Of a stretch of 64,000 bases of DNA, positions 44,301 through 52,962 are shown in pieces (position 1 is the stretch's first letter; each line of letters begins with the position of its first letter). This stretch comes from Micrococcaceae bacterium (lineage in GTDB: Bacteria > Actinomycetota > Actinomycetes > Actinomycetales > Micrococcaceae): the NCBI GenBank assembly GCA_052084925.1, contig JBQDEV010000015.1, forward strand, positions 7,795-71,794, written 5' to 3'. The position numbers and the translations under genes were made by a program. Below the pieces are notes generated by a model. That model saw only the letters and a program-made list of their open reading frames with translations, had not been told where the DNA came from and ran no database searches.

Positions 44301-44377
44301 TGGTGGATCTTACTGGACTCGAACCAGCGACCTCTCGCGTGTGAAGCGAACGCTCTAACCAACTGAGCTAAAGATCC
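44301..44377 (-). tRNA. tRNA-Val (anticodon CAC), CCA encoded
   Basis: The reverse complement reads GGATCTTTAGCTCAGTTGGTTAGAGCGTTCGCTTCACACGCGAGAGGTCGCTGGTTCGAGTCCAGTAAGATCCACCA. Acceptor GGATCTT/AAGATCC, anticodon loop TTCACAC, T loop TTCGAGT. Confidence 0.9.
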
Positions 44378-44480
44378 AAGCGACTTAGTGAGTTTAGCAG
44401 AGAACTAAGGCCTGCAGAAAATCCGCGGCGTCCAAGAAACGCGTCCGTCATCACCCCGAGCACACGCATAGGATGACGCT

Positions 44481-45233
44481 ATGCCCGCAACCCCCTCCGA
44501 GCTCGAACGGAACCCGGACGAGCCTTCGCTGTGGTCCCATCCTGCTTTCCGCACCGGAGCCTCCGTCGCCGTGGCCACCGGACTCTACGGCATCTCCTTC
44601 GGTGCGCTGGCCGTGGCCGCCGGATTGACGGTGTGGCAGACCATCGCCCTGAGCGCGCTGATGTTCACGGGCGGATCCCAGTTCGCGTTCATCGGGGTCC
44701 TCGCCGGGGGCTCCGGGGCCCAACTCGGCGGGGCGGCCACCGGTGCCGCCTCACTGCTGGGCGTGCGCAACGCCGTCTACGGCATGCAGATGAAGGCCCT
44801 GCTCCGGCCCCGCCCGGCGCTGCGCCCGGTGGCAGCGCACGTGACCATTGACGAGTCAGCCGCCACCGCCGCCGCACAGTCAGACCGGCGCGGAACCGCC
44901 ATCGGATTCTGGAGCGCCGGAGTCGGCGTCTACATACTGTGGAACGCTTTCACCATCGTCGGAGCACTGGCCGGCACCGCACTCGGCGACCCGGCCAGCT
45001 GGGGCCTGGATGGGGCAGCCACCGCGGCGATGCTCGGGCTGCTCTGGCCCCGACTGCGCAGCGGGAACACCTGGGCCCTGGCCGTCACCGCCGCGCTGGT
45101 CACCTCCATCACTCTGCCCATGCTTCCGGCAGGACTGCCGATTCTGATCGCCGCCGCGATCGCCGGTGCCTGGGGTTGGTTCATCTCCGAGCCCCGGCCC
45201 CGGGCCGAAATTTTGCGGGAGGAGACCTCATGA
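44481..45233 (+). CDS. azlC: Branched-chain amino acid exporter, AzlC family
   Basis: 250-aa polytopic protein (GISFGALAVAAGLT ... FTGGSQFAFIG), followed by a small AzlD-like gene with an ATGA overlap. Confidence 0.75.
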   Translation: MPATPSELERNPDEPSLWSHPAFRTGASVAVATGLYGISFGALAVAAGLTVWQTIALSALMFTGGSQFAFIGVLAGGSGAQLGGAATGAASLLGVRNAVYGMQMKALLRPRPALRPVAAHVTIDESAATAAAQSDRRGTAIGFWSAGVGVYILWNAFTIVGALAGTALGDPASWGLDGAATAAMLGLLWPRLRSGNTWALAVTAALVTSITLPMLPAGLPILIAAAIAGAWGWFISEPRPRAEILREETS

Positions 45234-45541
45234 GCCTCTGGTTCTGGATTCTGTTGGCCAGTGCGATCGCCTTCGCCACCAAATTGGTGGGCTATCTGAT
45301 GCCGCAGTCCTGGCTCGAGCACGAGCGCGTGCTGCGCACCGCGAACGCGGTCACGATCGGGCTGCTCGCCGCCCTGGTCGCCATGAATGCCCTGGGCGAT
45401 GGCACCTCGTTGAGCGCGGATTCCCGGATCGGCGCCCTCATTGCCGCGGCCGTGGCTCTGATCCTCCGGGCGCCATTCCTGGTGGTCGTGCTCGTCGGTG
45501 CGATCGCGGCAGCCGGGCTGCGCCTGCTCGGCTTCCCCTAA
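45230..45541 (+). CDS. azlD: Branched-chain amino acid exporter small subunit, AzlD family
   Basis: ATG 45230: MSLWFWILLASAIAFATKLVGYLMP... 103 aa, 3-4 TM helices. Confidence 0.7.
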   Translation: MSLWFWILLASAIAFATKLVGYLMPQSWLEHERVLRTANAVTIGLLAALVAMNALGDGTSLSADSRIGALIAAAVALILRAPFLVVVLVGAIAAAGLRLLGFP

Positions 45542-45583
45542 TTCTCGGCCAGCTCAGGGAGACCAGCTCAGCGAGAAACGGCG

Positions 45584-46948
45584 TCACCCCTTGCGGCGGC
45601 GTGAGCCTCCGGTCGAGTGCGACGGCAACCAGTCCTGGCCGAAAACCCGGCCCCGCAGGGTCTTCAGCCCTGCTGCGTCGTCACTGATCAGCCCGCGAGC
45701 GCGCAGCTCCGGGCTAACGTGTTCGGCGAAGGCACGCAGGTCCACATGGCGCAGGGCGTAGTCGACATTGAACCCGTCCACCCCGGCCTCAGTGATCCAC
45801 CGTTCCAGCTCGTCGACAACGGTCTTTCCCGAGCCGATGATCACCGGCCCGCGAGCACCGATAGCCATGTACGCAGCCAGGTCCGCGACCGTCCACTGGC
45901 GGTCGGGATCCATGGAGGTGAACGACTGCAGCGCGGAGCGGTTCCCCTCGATGTGGACTTCCTCAATCACGTCGTCCGGGGACAGCTGCGCGAGATCGAG
46001 CCCCGTCCACCCGGCGAACAGGGCCAAGGCGGCGTCTTCGTCGACGTAGCGGGTGTAGTCACGGTAGCGGTGCTGCGCTTCTTCGTCGGTTTCGGCGGCG
46101 ATCACGGTGATCGAGGTGATCAGCCGCACCTCGTCCCGGCTGCGGCCCGTGGTCGCCAACCGCTGCTCAACCTGGTCCACGAGTTGGCGCACATTGGCCG
46201 GCGAGGTACCCGAGAAGAACAGCGCTTCGGCGTGCTTGACGGCGAAGTCCAGTCCTCGCGGGGAGGATCCGGCTTGGAAGATCAGCGGGGTCCGTTGCGG
46301 GCCGGGAGTGACCAGTGCGGGCCCGGGCACGGAGAACCACTGCCCTTGGTGGTCGATCGCGTGCACCTTGTCCGGGTCGAGAAAGGTGTTCGTGGCGGCA
46401 TCGTTCACCACGGCGTCGGGTTCGATGGAGGCTTCCCAGAGCCCGTAGACGACGTCCATGTACTCGTCTGCCCGGTCATAGCGCTCGTCGTGGCGCATCA
46501 GCTCCTCGGCCCCCAGATTGCGCAGGGCCGACTGCTGGTAGCCGGTGACGATGTTCCAGCCGATCCGGCCACCGGTGAGATGGTCGAGGGTGGCAAAGGT
46601 GCGTGCCAGCAAATAAGGCGGCAGATAGGACACGTTCGCCGTCACGCCAAAGCCGATCCGTTCCGTGGCCGCGGCCAGAGCGCTAATCAGCAGCAGCGGA
46701 TCGAGCGCCGGATACTGCATGCCGGCCTGGATCGCGGTACGTCCGGAGCCGTCGTAGACGTCGTAGACCCCGGCCACATCGGCGAAGAACACCGTGTCGA
46801 ACCCTGCGGATTCCAGCAAACGCACGTGGTCGACCCAGAAACTCAGGTCGGTGAACTGGTCGGGGCGAGCATCGGGGTGCCGCCAGAGTCCAGAGGTCTG
46901 ATGGGTGGGGACCATCATGTCGAGCGCACTGAGGAACATGGCTCTCAT
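45584..46948 (-). CDS. LLM-class FMN-dependent monooxygenase (NtaA/SnaA/DszA family)
   Basis: ATG 46948. Sequence: PTHQTSGLWRHPDARPDQFTDLSFWVDHVRLLESAGFDTVFFADV ... GRIGWNIVTGY ... GSSPRG. Confidence 0.8.
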   Translation of the reverse strand: MRAMFLSALDMMVPTHQTSGLWRHPDARPDQFTDLSFWVDHVRLLESAGFDTVFFADVAGVYDVYDGSGRTAIQAGMQYPALDPLLLISALAAATERIGFGVTANVSYLPPYLLARTFATLDHLTGGRIGWNIVTGYQQSALRNLGAEELMRHDERYDRADEYMDVVYGLWEASIEPDAVVNDAATNTFLDPDKVHAIDHQGQWFSVPGPALVTPGPQRTPLIFQAGSSPRGLDFAVKHAEALFFSGTSPANVRQLVDQVEQRLATTGRSRDEVRLITSITVIAAETDEEAQHRYRDYTRYVDEDAALALFAGWTGLDLAQLSPDDVIEEVHIEGNRSALQSFTSMDPDRQWTVADLAAYMAIGARGPVIIGSGKTVVDELERWITEAGVDGFNVDYALRHVDLRAFAEHVSPELRARGLISDDAAGLKTLRGRVFGQDWLPSHSTGGSRRRKG

Positions 46949-47329
46949 TGTCACACGGTGACTCACCTGACCAGCACACGCGCTCGCTAGTGACGGCTCC
47001 GATCGGCCTAGAATGGCGGTGCACCCTATGGACTCGCACGGAGGAGGAACGATGACGGATTCCCGTCGCGACGACCGTTCCGACCGTGCCGCGCATCGTG
47101 CCTGGCAGCACCGGTACGGCCAGCTCGTCGAAGAGCTGCTCGCCTCCGAGACGTGCACGTGCACCTGGGCCACGCAGCGCATCCGGCAGTGGGGCGGAAC
47201 ATATCTGGATCACCACTACCGGACCGAGTCCGACCCGCAATGCCCGCAGCACGGACATGAGCACGCCTCATGGTGGCTGCGCTGAGTCCAGCATGAGGCG
47301 TGCTCGGTGGTGATGATTCCGGCCGGTGC

Positions 47330-48691
47330 TTAGAGCAGCACGGCCCCGAGGATCCACACGGTGATGAACGCGGCAATGCCTTCGAGCCCGGAGGCCACGG
47401 TCAGCGTGCGGTATGCGGTGCCCACAGGGATCCGGCTGAGCTGCGAGACCACCCAGAAGAACGAATCGTTGGCGTGGGAGACCACCATCGACCCGGCTCC
47501 GATCGCCAGCACGGTCAGCACCATCCCGAGGTCGGAGTCGAGACCCAGCGACGGCAGCAGCGGCGCGAGCATTGCGGAGGTCGTGACCAGGGCAACGGTG
47601 GACGAACCTTGTGCGGTCTTCAGGGCCGCGGCGATCAGGAACGGCACCAGCAGTCCCAGTCCCAGCGAGCTCAAACCGTCCGCCAGGAAGTCGGTGAGTC
47701 GCGAGCCGCCGAGCACCGCACCGAAGGCAGCACCGGCACCGGTGATGAAGATGATGGGACCGGAAACGGTGATGGCCTCGGAGATCTGCGTGTTGAACTG
47801 TTCGAGTTTGCCCTTGCCGCGCAGCAGCAACACCGCAGCGGCGGTACCCAGGATGAGCGCGATCAGCGGGGTACCGACGAAGACGATAATCTCGGTCGCC
47901 AGGTTATCGCCGAATGGCTGGGAGGGCAGCTTCGCGATCGAGGACAGCATGATGAGGACCAGAGGCAGCACGATCGGGAAGAACGACGCCGCTGCCGAGG
48001 GCAGCCGTCCGTAGCTGGCGCGCAGTTCCTCATAAGTCTTGTTGTCCAGATCGGCGTCGGTCTTCGGTTCCAGCAGCGGCAACTCGCTCTTCGAGAAGCG
48101 CTGGGCGTAAAGCAAACCCACCATGGCGGCCACCAGGGCGACGGGCAGACCGACCAGGATCAGGAAACCGAGATTGTCCGAGATGCCGATATTCTCCGCT
48201 GCGGCCAACGGACCGGGTGTGGGCGGCACCAGCGTGTGAGTGGCATACAGGCCGGTCATCAGCGCGATCGAGGTGGCGATGTGTGAGACCCCGGTGCGCA
48301 CGGTGATGGCTTTACGCAGCGAATTCAGGATCACGTAACCGGAGTCGCAGAACACCGGGATGGAAACGATGTAACCCACGAGGCTCATCGTGAGGTTGGG
48401 GAATCGCGGCCCCAAGACGCGCACGAGGAAATCGGCCATGGCAATCGCCGCGCCGGAGCGCTCCAGGATCGCGCCGAGCATCGTACCGATCAGGATCACC
48501 AGACCGATGTTGCCGATGGTGCTGCCGAAGGCGCCGCCGATGGTGGTGAAGACTTCGTCCATCGGCACGGAGTAGGCGAAGGCGGCGATGATGGCGGCGC
48601 CGAGCAGGGCGAGGAAGGGGCTGACCTTCCAGCGTGCGGTGACCAGCACGATGCCGATCACCAACAGGATCAGAACAATGAGTTCGTACAT
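47330..48691 (-). CDS. GntP-family gluconate/glycerate:H+ symporter
   Basis: 453-aa polytopic protein. MYELIVLILLVIGIVLVTARWKVSPFLALL ... PPTPGPLAAA ... is typical of GntP permeases. Confidence 0.85.
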   Translation of the reverse strand: MYELIVLILLVIGIVLVTARWKVSPFLALLGAAIIAAFAYSVPMDEVFTTIGGAFGSTIGNIGLVILIGTMLGAILERSGAAIAMADFLVRVLGPRFPNLTMSLVGYIVSIPVFCDSGYVILNSLRKAITVRTGVSHIATSIALMTGLYATHTLVPPTPGPLAAAENIGISDNLGFLILVGLPVALVAAMVGLLYAQRFSKSELPLLEPKTDADLDNKTYEELRASYGRLPSAAASFFPIVLPLVLIMLSSIAKLPSQPFGDNLATEIIVFVGTPLIALILGTAAAVLLLRGKGKLEQFNTQISEAITVSGPIIFITGAGAAFGAVLGGSRLTDFLADGLSSLGLGLLVPFLIAAALKTAQGSSTVALVTTSAMLAPLLPSLGLDSDLGMVLTVLAIGAGSMVVSHANDSFFWVVSQLSRIPVGTAYRTLTVASGLEGIAAFITVWILGAVLL

Positions 48692-48768
48692 CTCGGGTTC
48701 CTTACTTCAAGGGGTACTTCACGAAGGTGGTCGTTCGAGTGATGGAGTGCGGGCGGATCAGGTTTCTG

Positions 48769-49935
48769 TCAGGGCGTGAGCAGTAGTCGCGTGACCTGAT
48801 AGGCGGTCCAGGTCAGGTTCTCGGCGGTCTGGGGAGCCATATCTTCCAGCGACCCTGGCCCGCGTCCGATGGAGAAGGCCGCGGTGACTCCGCTCGCCCG
48901 GAGCGCGTCGTCGTCGACGGCGACCTGGCCCGCCAGGACAACCAGAGGCACTCCGGGCGCGGTGAGCTGGCGGACGCCGTGAATCACTTTCCCGTCCAGG
49001 GACTGAGTGTCGAATCGCCCTTCACCCGTGAACACGAGGTTGGCTTGACTGACCTTCTCGGCGGCCGAGAGCGCGTCGCTGACCATCTCCCATCCGGGAA
49101 CCAGCTCCACCGTGAAGAAGGCGTAGAGCAGGGCCGCCATGCCCCCGGCGGCGCCGAGGCCGGCGACACCGTCGAGGTTCTTGCCGCCGGCACCAGTGAC
49201 GACCTCGGCCAGGTGCTCCAGACACCGATCGAGATGCTCGACGACCCCTGGGGTCGCGCCTTTCTGCGGCCCAAAAATATGGGCCGCGCCGTGGAGTCCG
49301 GTCAACGGATTCGTCACGTCGGTGGCGATCCGCCACGTCACCGTCTTCACGCGAGGGTCCACCTCGGAGAGATCAATGGTGGCCAGGTCGAGCAATGCTC
49401 CGCCGCCATCCGGCAGTTCTTCGCCGGAGGCATCGAGGAATCGGGCACCCAACTCACGCAGCAGACCGGTTCCGGCGTCGGTGGTAGCCGAGCCTCCGAT
49501 AGTCAGCAGAATCTCGTCAACGCCCTGATCGAGAGCTGCGAGTACCAGGGTGCCCACGCCTCTCGTCGTTGCTTCCGCTGGCCGCAGCGGCACATCGCTC
49601 ACGGCCGCTAACCCGTTGGCTTGTGCGGCTTCGATCAGTCCGGTGCGGCTATCGGGCGAGATCGCGTATTCGGCATCGCAGGGCCGTCCGATCGCGTCGG
49701 TGGTTGCGCAAGCGTGGGCCGGGGTCCCCCACGCGGCGAGCACCGCGTCCAGCGTGCCCTCTCCCCCATCGGCGAAAGGCAGTTCATCGACGATAACTTC
49801 CCGCTGGACCTCAGCGGCCGCGCGCGTCACCCCGCGCGCGATGGCAGCAGCGACGCGACGTGCGTCGAGCGTGCCTTTGAAGGAATCCGGAATGACCGCA
49901 ACGCGCTGCGGTGATCGTCGGTCGGCATAGTTCAT
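48769..49935 (-). CDS. Glycerate kinase
   Basis: VAVIPDSFKGTLDA ... PFADGGEGTLDAV ... GGSATTDAGTGLL ... TGEGRFDTQSLDGKV. Confidence 0.88.
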   Translation of the reverse strand: MNYADRRSPQRVAVIPDSFKGTLDARRVAAAIARGVTRAAAEVQREVIVDELPFADGGEGTLDAVLAAWGTPAHACATTDAIGRPCDAEYAISPDSRTGLIEAAQANGLAAVSDVPLRPAEATTRGVGTLVLAALDQGVDEILLTIGGSATTDAGTGLLRELGARFLDASGEELPDGGGALLDLATIDLSEVDPRVKTVTWRIATDVTNPLTGLHGAAHIFGPQKGATPGVVEHLDRCLEHLAEVVTGAGGKNLDGVAGLGAAGGMAALLYAFFTVELVPGWEMVSDALSAAEKVSQANLVFTGEGRFDTQSLDGKVIHGVRQLTAPGVPLVVLAGQVAVDDDALRASGVTAAFSIGRGPGSLEDMAPQTAENLTWTAYQVTRLLLTP

Positions 49936-50000
49936 CCCGGCAGGCTATGACACAGCTCACACACATTTCGACGTGCGAATAGACCATATCTACTCGCACG

Positions 50001-51131
50001 TCAGCGACCGAATATGTGCACATCGCCTACAGCGGCTCGGGCATAGACCCCCATGAGCAAGGCCGTCAGATCGGCACCAATCCGGGGATCGTATCCCGTT
50101 CTGTTGACGATCTGCTCGACCCGCTGAGCCATGGTGTTGCGATGGATATACAGCCCCACGGCAGCGGCGTGGGTGGATGAGTGCTCGCCCAGGGCGAGAA
50201 CCGTCAAGCACTGTTCCAGAGTCAGCGCCTCGACCGATTCGGCGCGGTCCTTCACCGCGGCTCGAGGCATGTGCGCCACGGCGGAAGCGATCTCCCACCG
50301 CCAGCCAGGCGATTCGACCGCGTCAGCGGACTCGACGTTTTCGACCGAGGAGGCCATCGCCGGAAAGAGTCCAGGAAATGCGCAAGCATGGCGCAACATC
50401 ACGGCCTGCGCCTGGAGACGCTTGATCGAGGTGGTGGCAGGGAGCGCGATGAGCCGCTCCTGAACTGGTTTTGTCTTCGGTGACTTCGCGGCACCGGATC
50501 GCACCGTCCACACCGCGCCATAGAGTTCGGCGACCACCACGCCCTTTGCCCGGTTCAGGCGTCGGAGCTGCCCACGAGACGTTGCCGGAGGAACAGTGCT
50601 CATCGGATCCGATGGGTCAATGGTCAGTTCGACGGCGAGTGTCCACGGCGGGTGCATCGACAGAGCCGAGATGCGCGTGGTGAGTAGTTCTTCGTCCGTA
50701 GCGCCAGAGCTGAGCGCGGCGATAAAGTCGTGCGCCAACGTCTCCCGCTGCATATCGTCGTCGATCTGCCGTTCCTGGGTCAGCAGCAGCTCCACCGTCA
50801 AGGCGATCAACTCGGCCGTCGAACGAACATCATCAGGGTTACCGGTCAGCCCCACCACCCCACGCACAGCACCGTCGTACCAGAGTGGGATGTTGACGCC
50901 AGGACGGACTCCCGAGGTGTCATCTCGGTCCCAAATCTCGACGGGCTCTTGGGCAACCACAGCATCGAGTGCTCCCGCATGATGAGTGCCAACCCGCTCA
51001 GGGTCCACGGCGGCGATGATCACCCCGTGCGAGTCCATGATGTTGATGTTGTGACGCACCGTGGGCTTGATCGTGTCGATCACGTGCTGCGCCATGTCAC
51101 GAGTCATCAGCTCCGAAGCATGCTTCTTCAT
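50001..51131 (-). CDS. CdaR/PucR-family sugar-diacid regulator
   Basis: ATG 51131 (MKKHASELMTRDMAQHVIDTIKPTVRHNINIMDSHGVIIA = diacid_rec domain). C-terminal PucR HTH (LYIHRNTMAQRVEQIVNRTGYDPR). Confidence 0.8.
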   Translation of the reverse strand: MKKHASELMTRDMAQHVIDTIKPTVRHNINIMDSHGVIIAAVDPERVGTHHAGALDAVVAQEPVEIWDRDDTSGVRPGVNIPLWYDGAVRGVVGLTGNPDDVRSTAELIALTVELLLTQERQIDDDMQRETLAHDFIAALSSGATDEELLTTRISALSMHPPWTLAVELTIDPSDPMSTVPPATSRGQLRRLNRAKGVVVAELYGAVWTVRSGAAKSPKTKPVQERLIALPATTSIKRLQAQAVMLRHACAFPGLFPAMASSVENVESADAVESPGWRWEIASAVAHMPRAAVKDRAESVEALTLEQCLTVLALGEHSSTHAAAVGLYIHRNTMAQRVEQIVNRTGYDPRIGADLTALLMGVYARAAVGDVHIFGR

Positions 51132-51924
51132 TTCATGAACGGTATCAGCGCACGATGCGAGCAACAGTGATCGACCGCAGAATTGCCAATAGTCGGTTGA
51201 ACAGCGAATCACACTGTGTTTTCGACCCTGCACCACATCCCGTTAAGGAGTTGTCGAGAACAATTGCTACCGCGATTGACCCCCAGGTAGACGGTTCACC
51301 CCAGATCCTTGATTTTCCGGGCATCTCTGCCCCTCACACGGCCCGATTTCACGTCAAGGATTGCATGGTTTGCATGTATCAGGTCCCGGCCAGGTTCCTG
51401 CTCTTGATAGCCGACCGCAGATCCGTCAGGGGTTTACGTGGGGTTTATGAGAGGCTCGTCGCGCTCCCTCCCCCATCGTCAGGTACGACTCGAATCAAGA
51501 GCTCGGGAACACCGCCTTGAACGATGACGGCACGCGTGAATCGTTGAGACCCTTGGGCGAAGACGGAGCGAGAGACTCGGTCGAGTCCTGCCCCGCCCTT
51601 CCGATGTCACGGCATGATCTCAGACTCGATGCGCCCAACGTTCACAAGAAAGCTTGTGAACCGGTTCGCGGGAAAAGTTGTTGAGTGACGAGAAGTCGGA
51701 ACGTGAAGAGTAACGACCTGGCGTGACGTGAGCTCGTTGATGTTGCCGTCATGCGAGAGCAACGCCAGTGGGATCCGTCAATTCCTTAGCAAAAAGTGAG
51801 GGTATTGACGCATGTCAGGATCGGCGTCTTTGAACCTTTGGAAGCACTGCCACAGCGAAGTGGCGTAACACCTAATGCACCCCGTGATGACTTGCTTATC
51901 TCAGGTTGATGCAGAGTCTCTAGC

Positions 51925-52755
51925 TCAGACAGCATCCCATGCCGTGAGAAAAATAGGTTCTACCGCCTTAGACGAAAGCCCGGCTTCCTTCAGTAATTCC
52001 GCAGCCAGTGTTCCCACAAGCAACGCGACCATGTGATGCGTGCTGAGATCTCCATGCTGTATTGGCGGTGTGTCCAGACCGACCCGATCAGCTTCGGTCT
52101 TCGGCGCGTAGGCAACTGCCAGGTGTGCTGTCGCATGCGTGTACTGAGTCTCCTCACGCCAAGCGGTGTACAAGCCGAGCGTGATGGGCACTGCTTTCGC
52201 TGCGTCGGTGACGGCTTTCACCTGTTGCTTCAGGTCCTTGTCTTCCATCATGTCTGCTACGACGCTCTCCATTGCACTGAGATCGATATCGTGGTCGTAA
52301 CCCATCTCTTTAAGCGTGTCGAAGAAGCCGCTTGTGAGGTTCTTTTCTCGGGCAATGAACGTTTCGAGCACCGCCCCGCGCTTGTCTACTTCCAGCGTTC
52401 GGAGCCAGAGCAGGCGGAACGCGATCTCTGCGAATGCGCGACGGTTCGGCGCGGCCGCGTGAGCGAGCCCCTGAGCTGTCAGCGTTGCGATCACGCGGGA
52501 TTGGTCATACGCTGCCCGCATCCAGCCGATAATGAACTGAGAGTCGTACGCTGCTGGAACATAGGAGAGGTCAAGGGCCAACATTTGCTCGGCCGTCGCG
52601 ATGATGCGGGCTGCCTCTTGTTGCAGCGGGCTCAGGCGCGCCGCTCGCCGTTCCGCTTTTGCTCGCCGTCCGCTCATGCTTTCAACGTTACCCGTAGGCT
52701 GGTGCTCAGCGGGGCTTCCCCAGTTCAGTCTCCTGGCTGTTATCCGTGATGACAT
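51925..52755 (-). CDS. Hypothetical all-alpha protein, first gene downstream of the RT pair
   Basis: 276 aa (249 aa if ATG 52677 is used). No catalytic motif recognised. A helical core with GLAHAAAPNRRAFAEIAFRLLWL is vaguely reminiscent of DUF5677/AbiV-type proteins, from memory and unverified. Confidence 0.5.
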   Translation of the reverse strand: MSSRITARRLNWGSPAEHQPTGNVESMSGRRAKAERRAARLSPLQQEAARIIATAEQMLALDLSYVPAAYDSQFIIGWMRAAYDQSRVIATLTAQGLAHAAAPNRRAFAEIAFRLLWLRTLEVDKRGAVLETFIAREKNLTSGFFDTLKEMGYDHDIDLSAMESVVADMMEDKDLKQQVKAVTDAAKAVPITLGLYTAWREETQYTHATAHLAVAYAPKTEADRVGLDTPPIQHGDLSTHHMVALLVGTLAAELLKEAGLSSKAVEPIFLTAWDAV

Positions 52756-52962
52756 CGACAGCTGAGAACCCGATGCCTACCTGCACTTTGGATAGGGCCT
52801 CGACCGGTAGGGCTGAACGGATCGACCGGATCCGGGCGTTGTCAGATCTGACTCGCACCGGATTCCGTCGTATGAGAATTAGTCGGGAGTTCGATGCCGC
52901 TCGCTCCCGTGCGCCCGTGTGTCGAAGTCAATGACTCCGTGATTGCGGTCATGGCTGCGCCT

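Noticed and set aside
44135-44362. 75-aa minus-strand ORF
   Set aside because: Overlaps tRNA-Val (44301-44377). The ORF is an artefact of the tRNA sequence.
47013-47285. 90-aa plus-strand ORF rich in His/Cys/Trp (…TCTCTW…HHYRTESDPQCPQHGHEH…) between the monooxygenase and GntP genes
   Set aside because: It could be a real small metal-binding protein. However, it has no recognisable family and no clear RBS, and it sits in a divergent/convergent gap. The evidence is insufficient to call it.
47300-48286. 328-aa plus-strand ORF
   Set aside because: Antisense to the GntP permease. Extremely Gly/Arg/Asp/Gln-rich.
51155-51520. 121-aa plus-strand ORF at the island edge
   Set aside because: No motifs, no RBS, and heterogeneous composition. 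Treated as part of the non-coding junction.
52746-52934. 62-aa plus-strand ORF, and a 36-codon minus-strand ORF, in the spacer after RT2
   Set aside because: No RBS, odd composition, and they overlap strong hairpins. The region is better treated as non-coding (candidate ncRNA).
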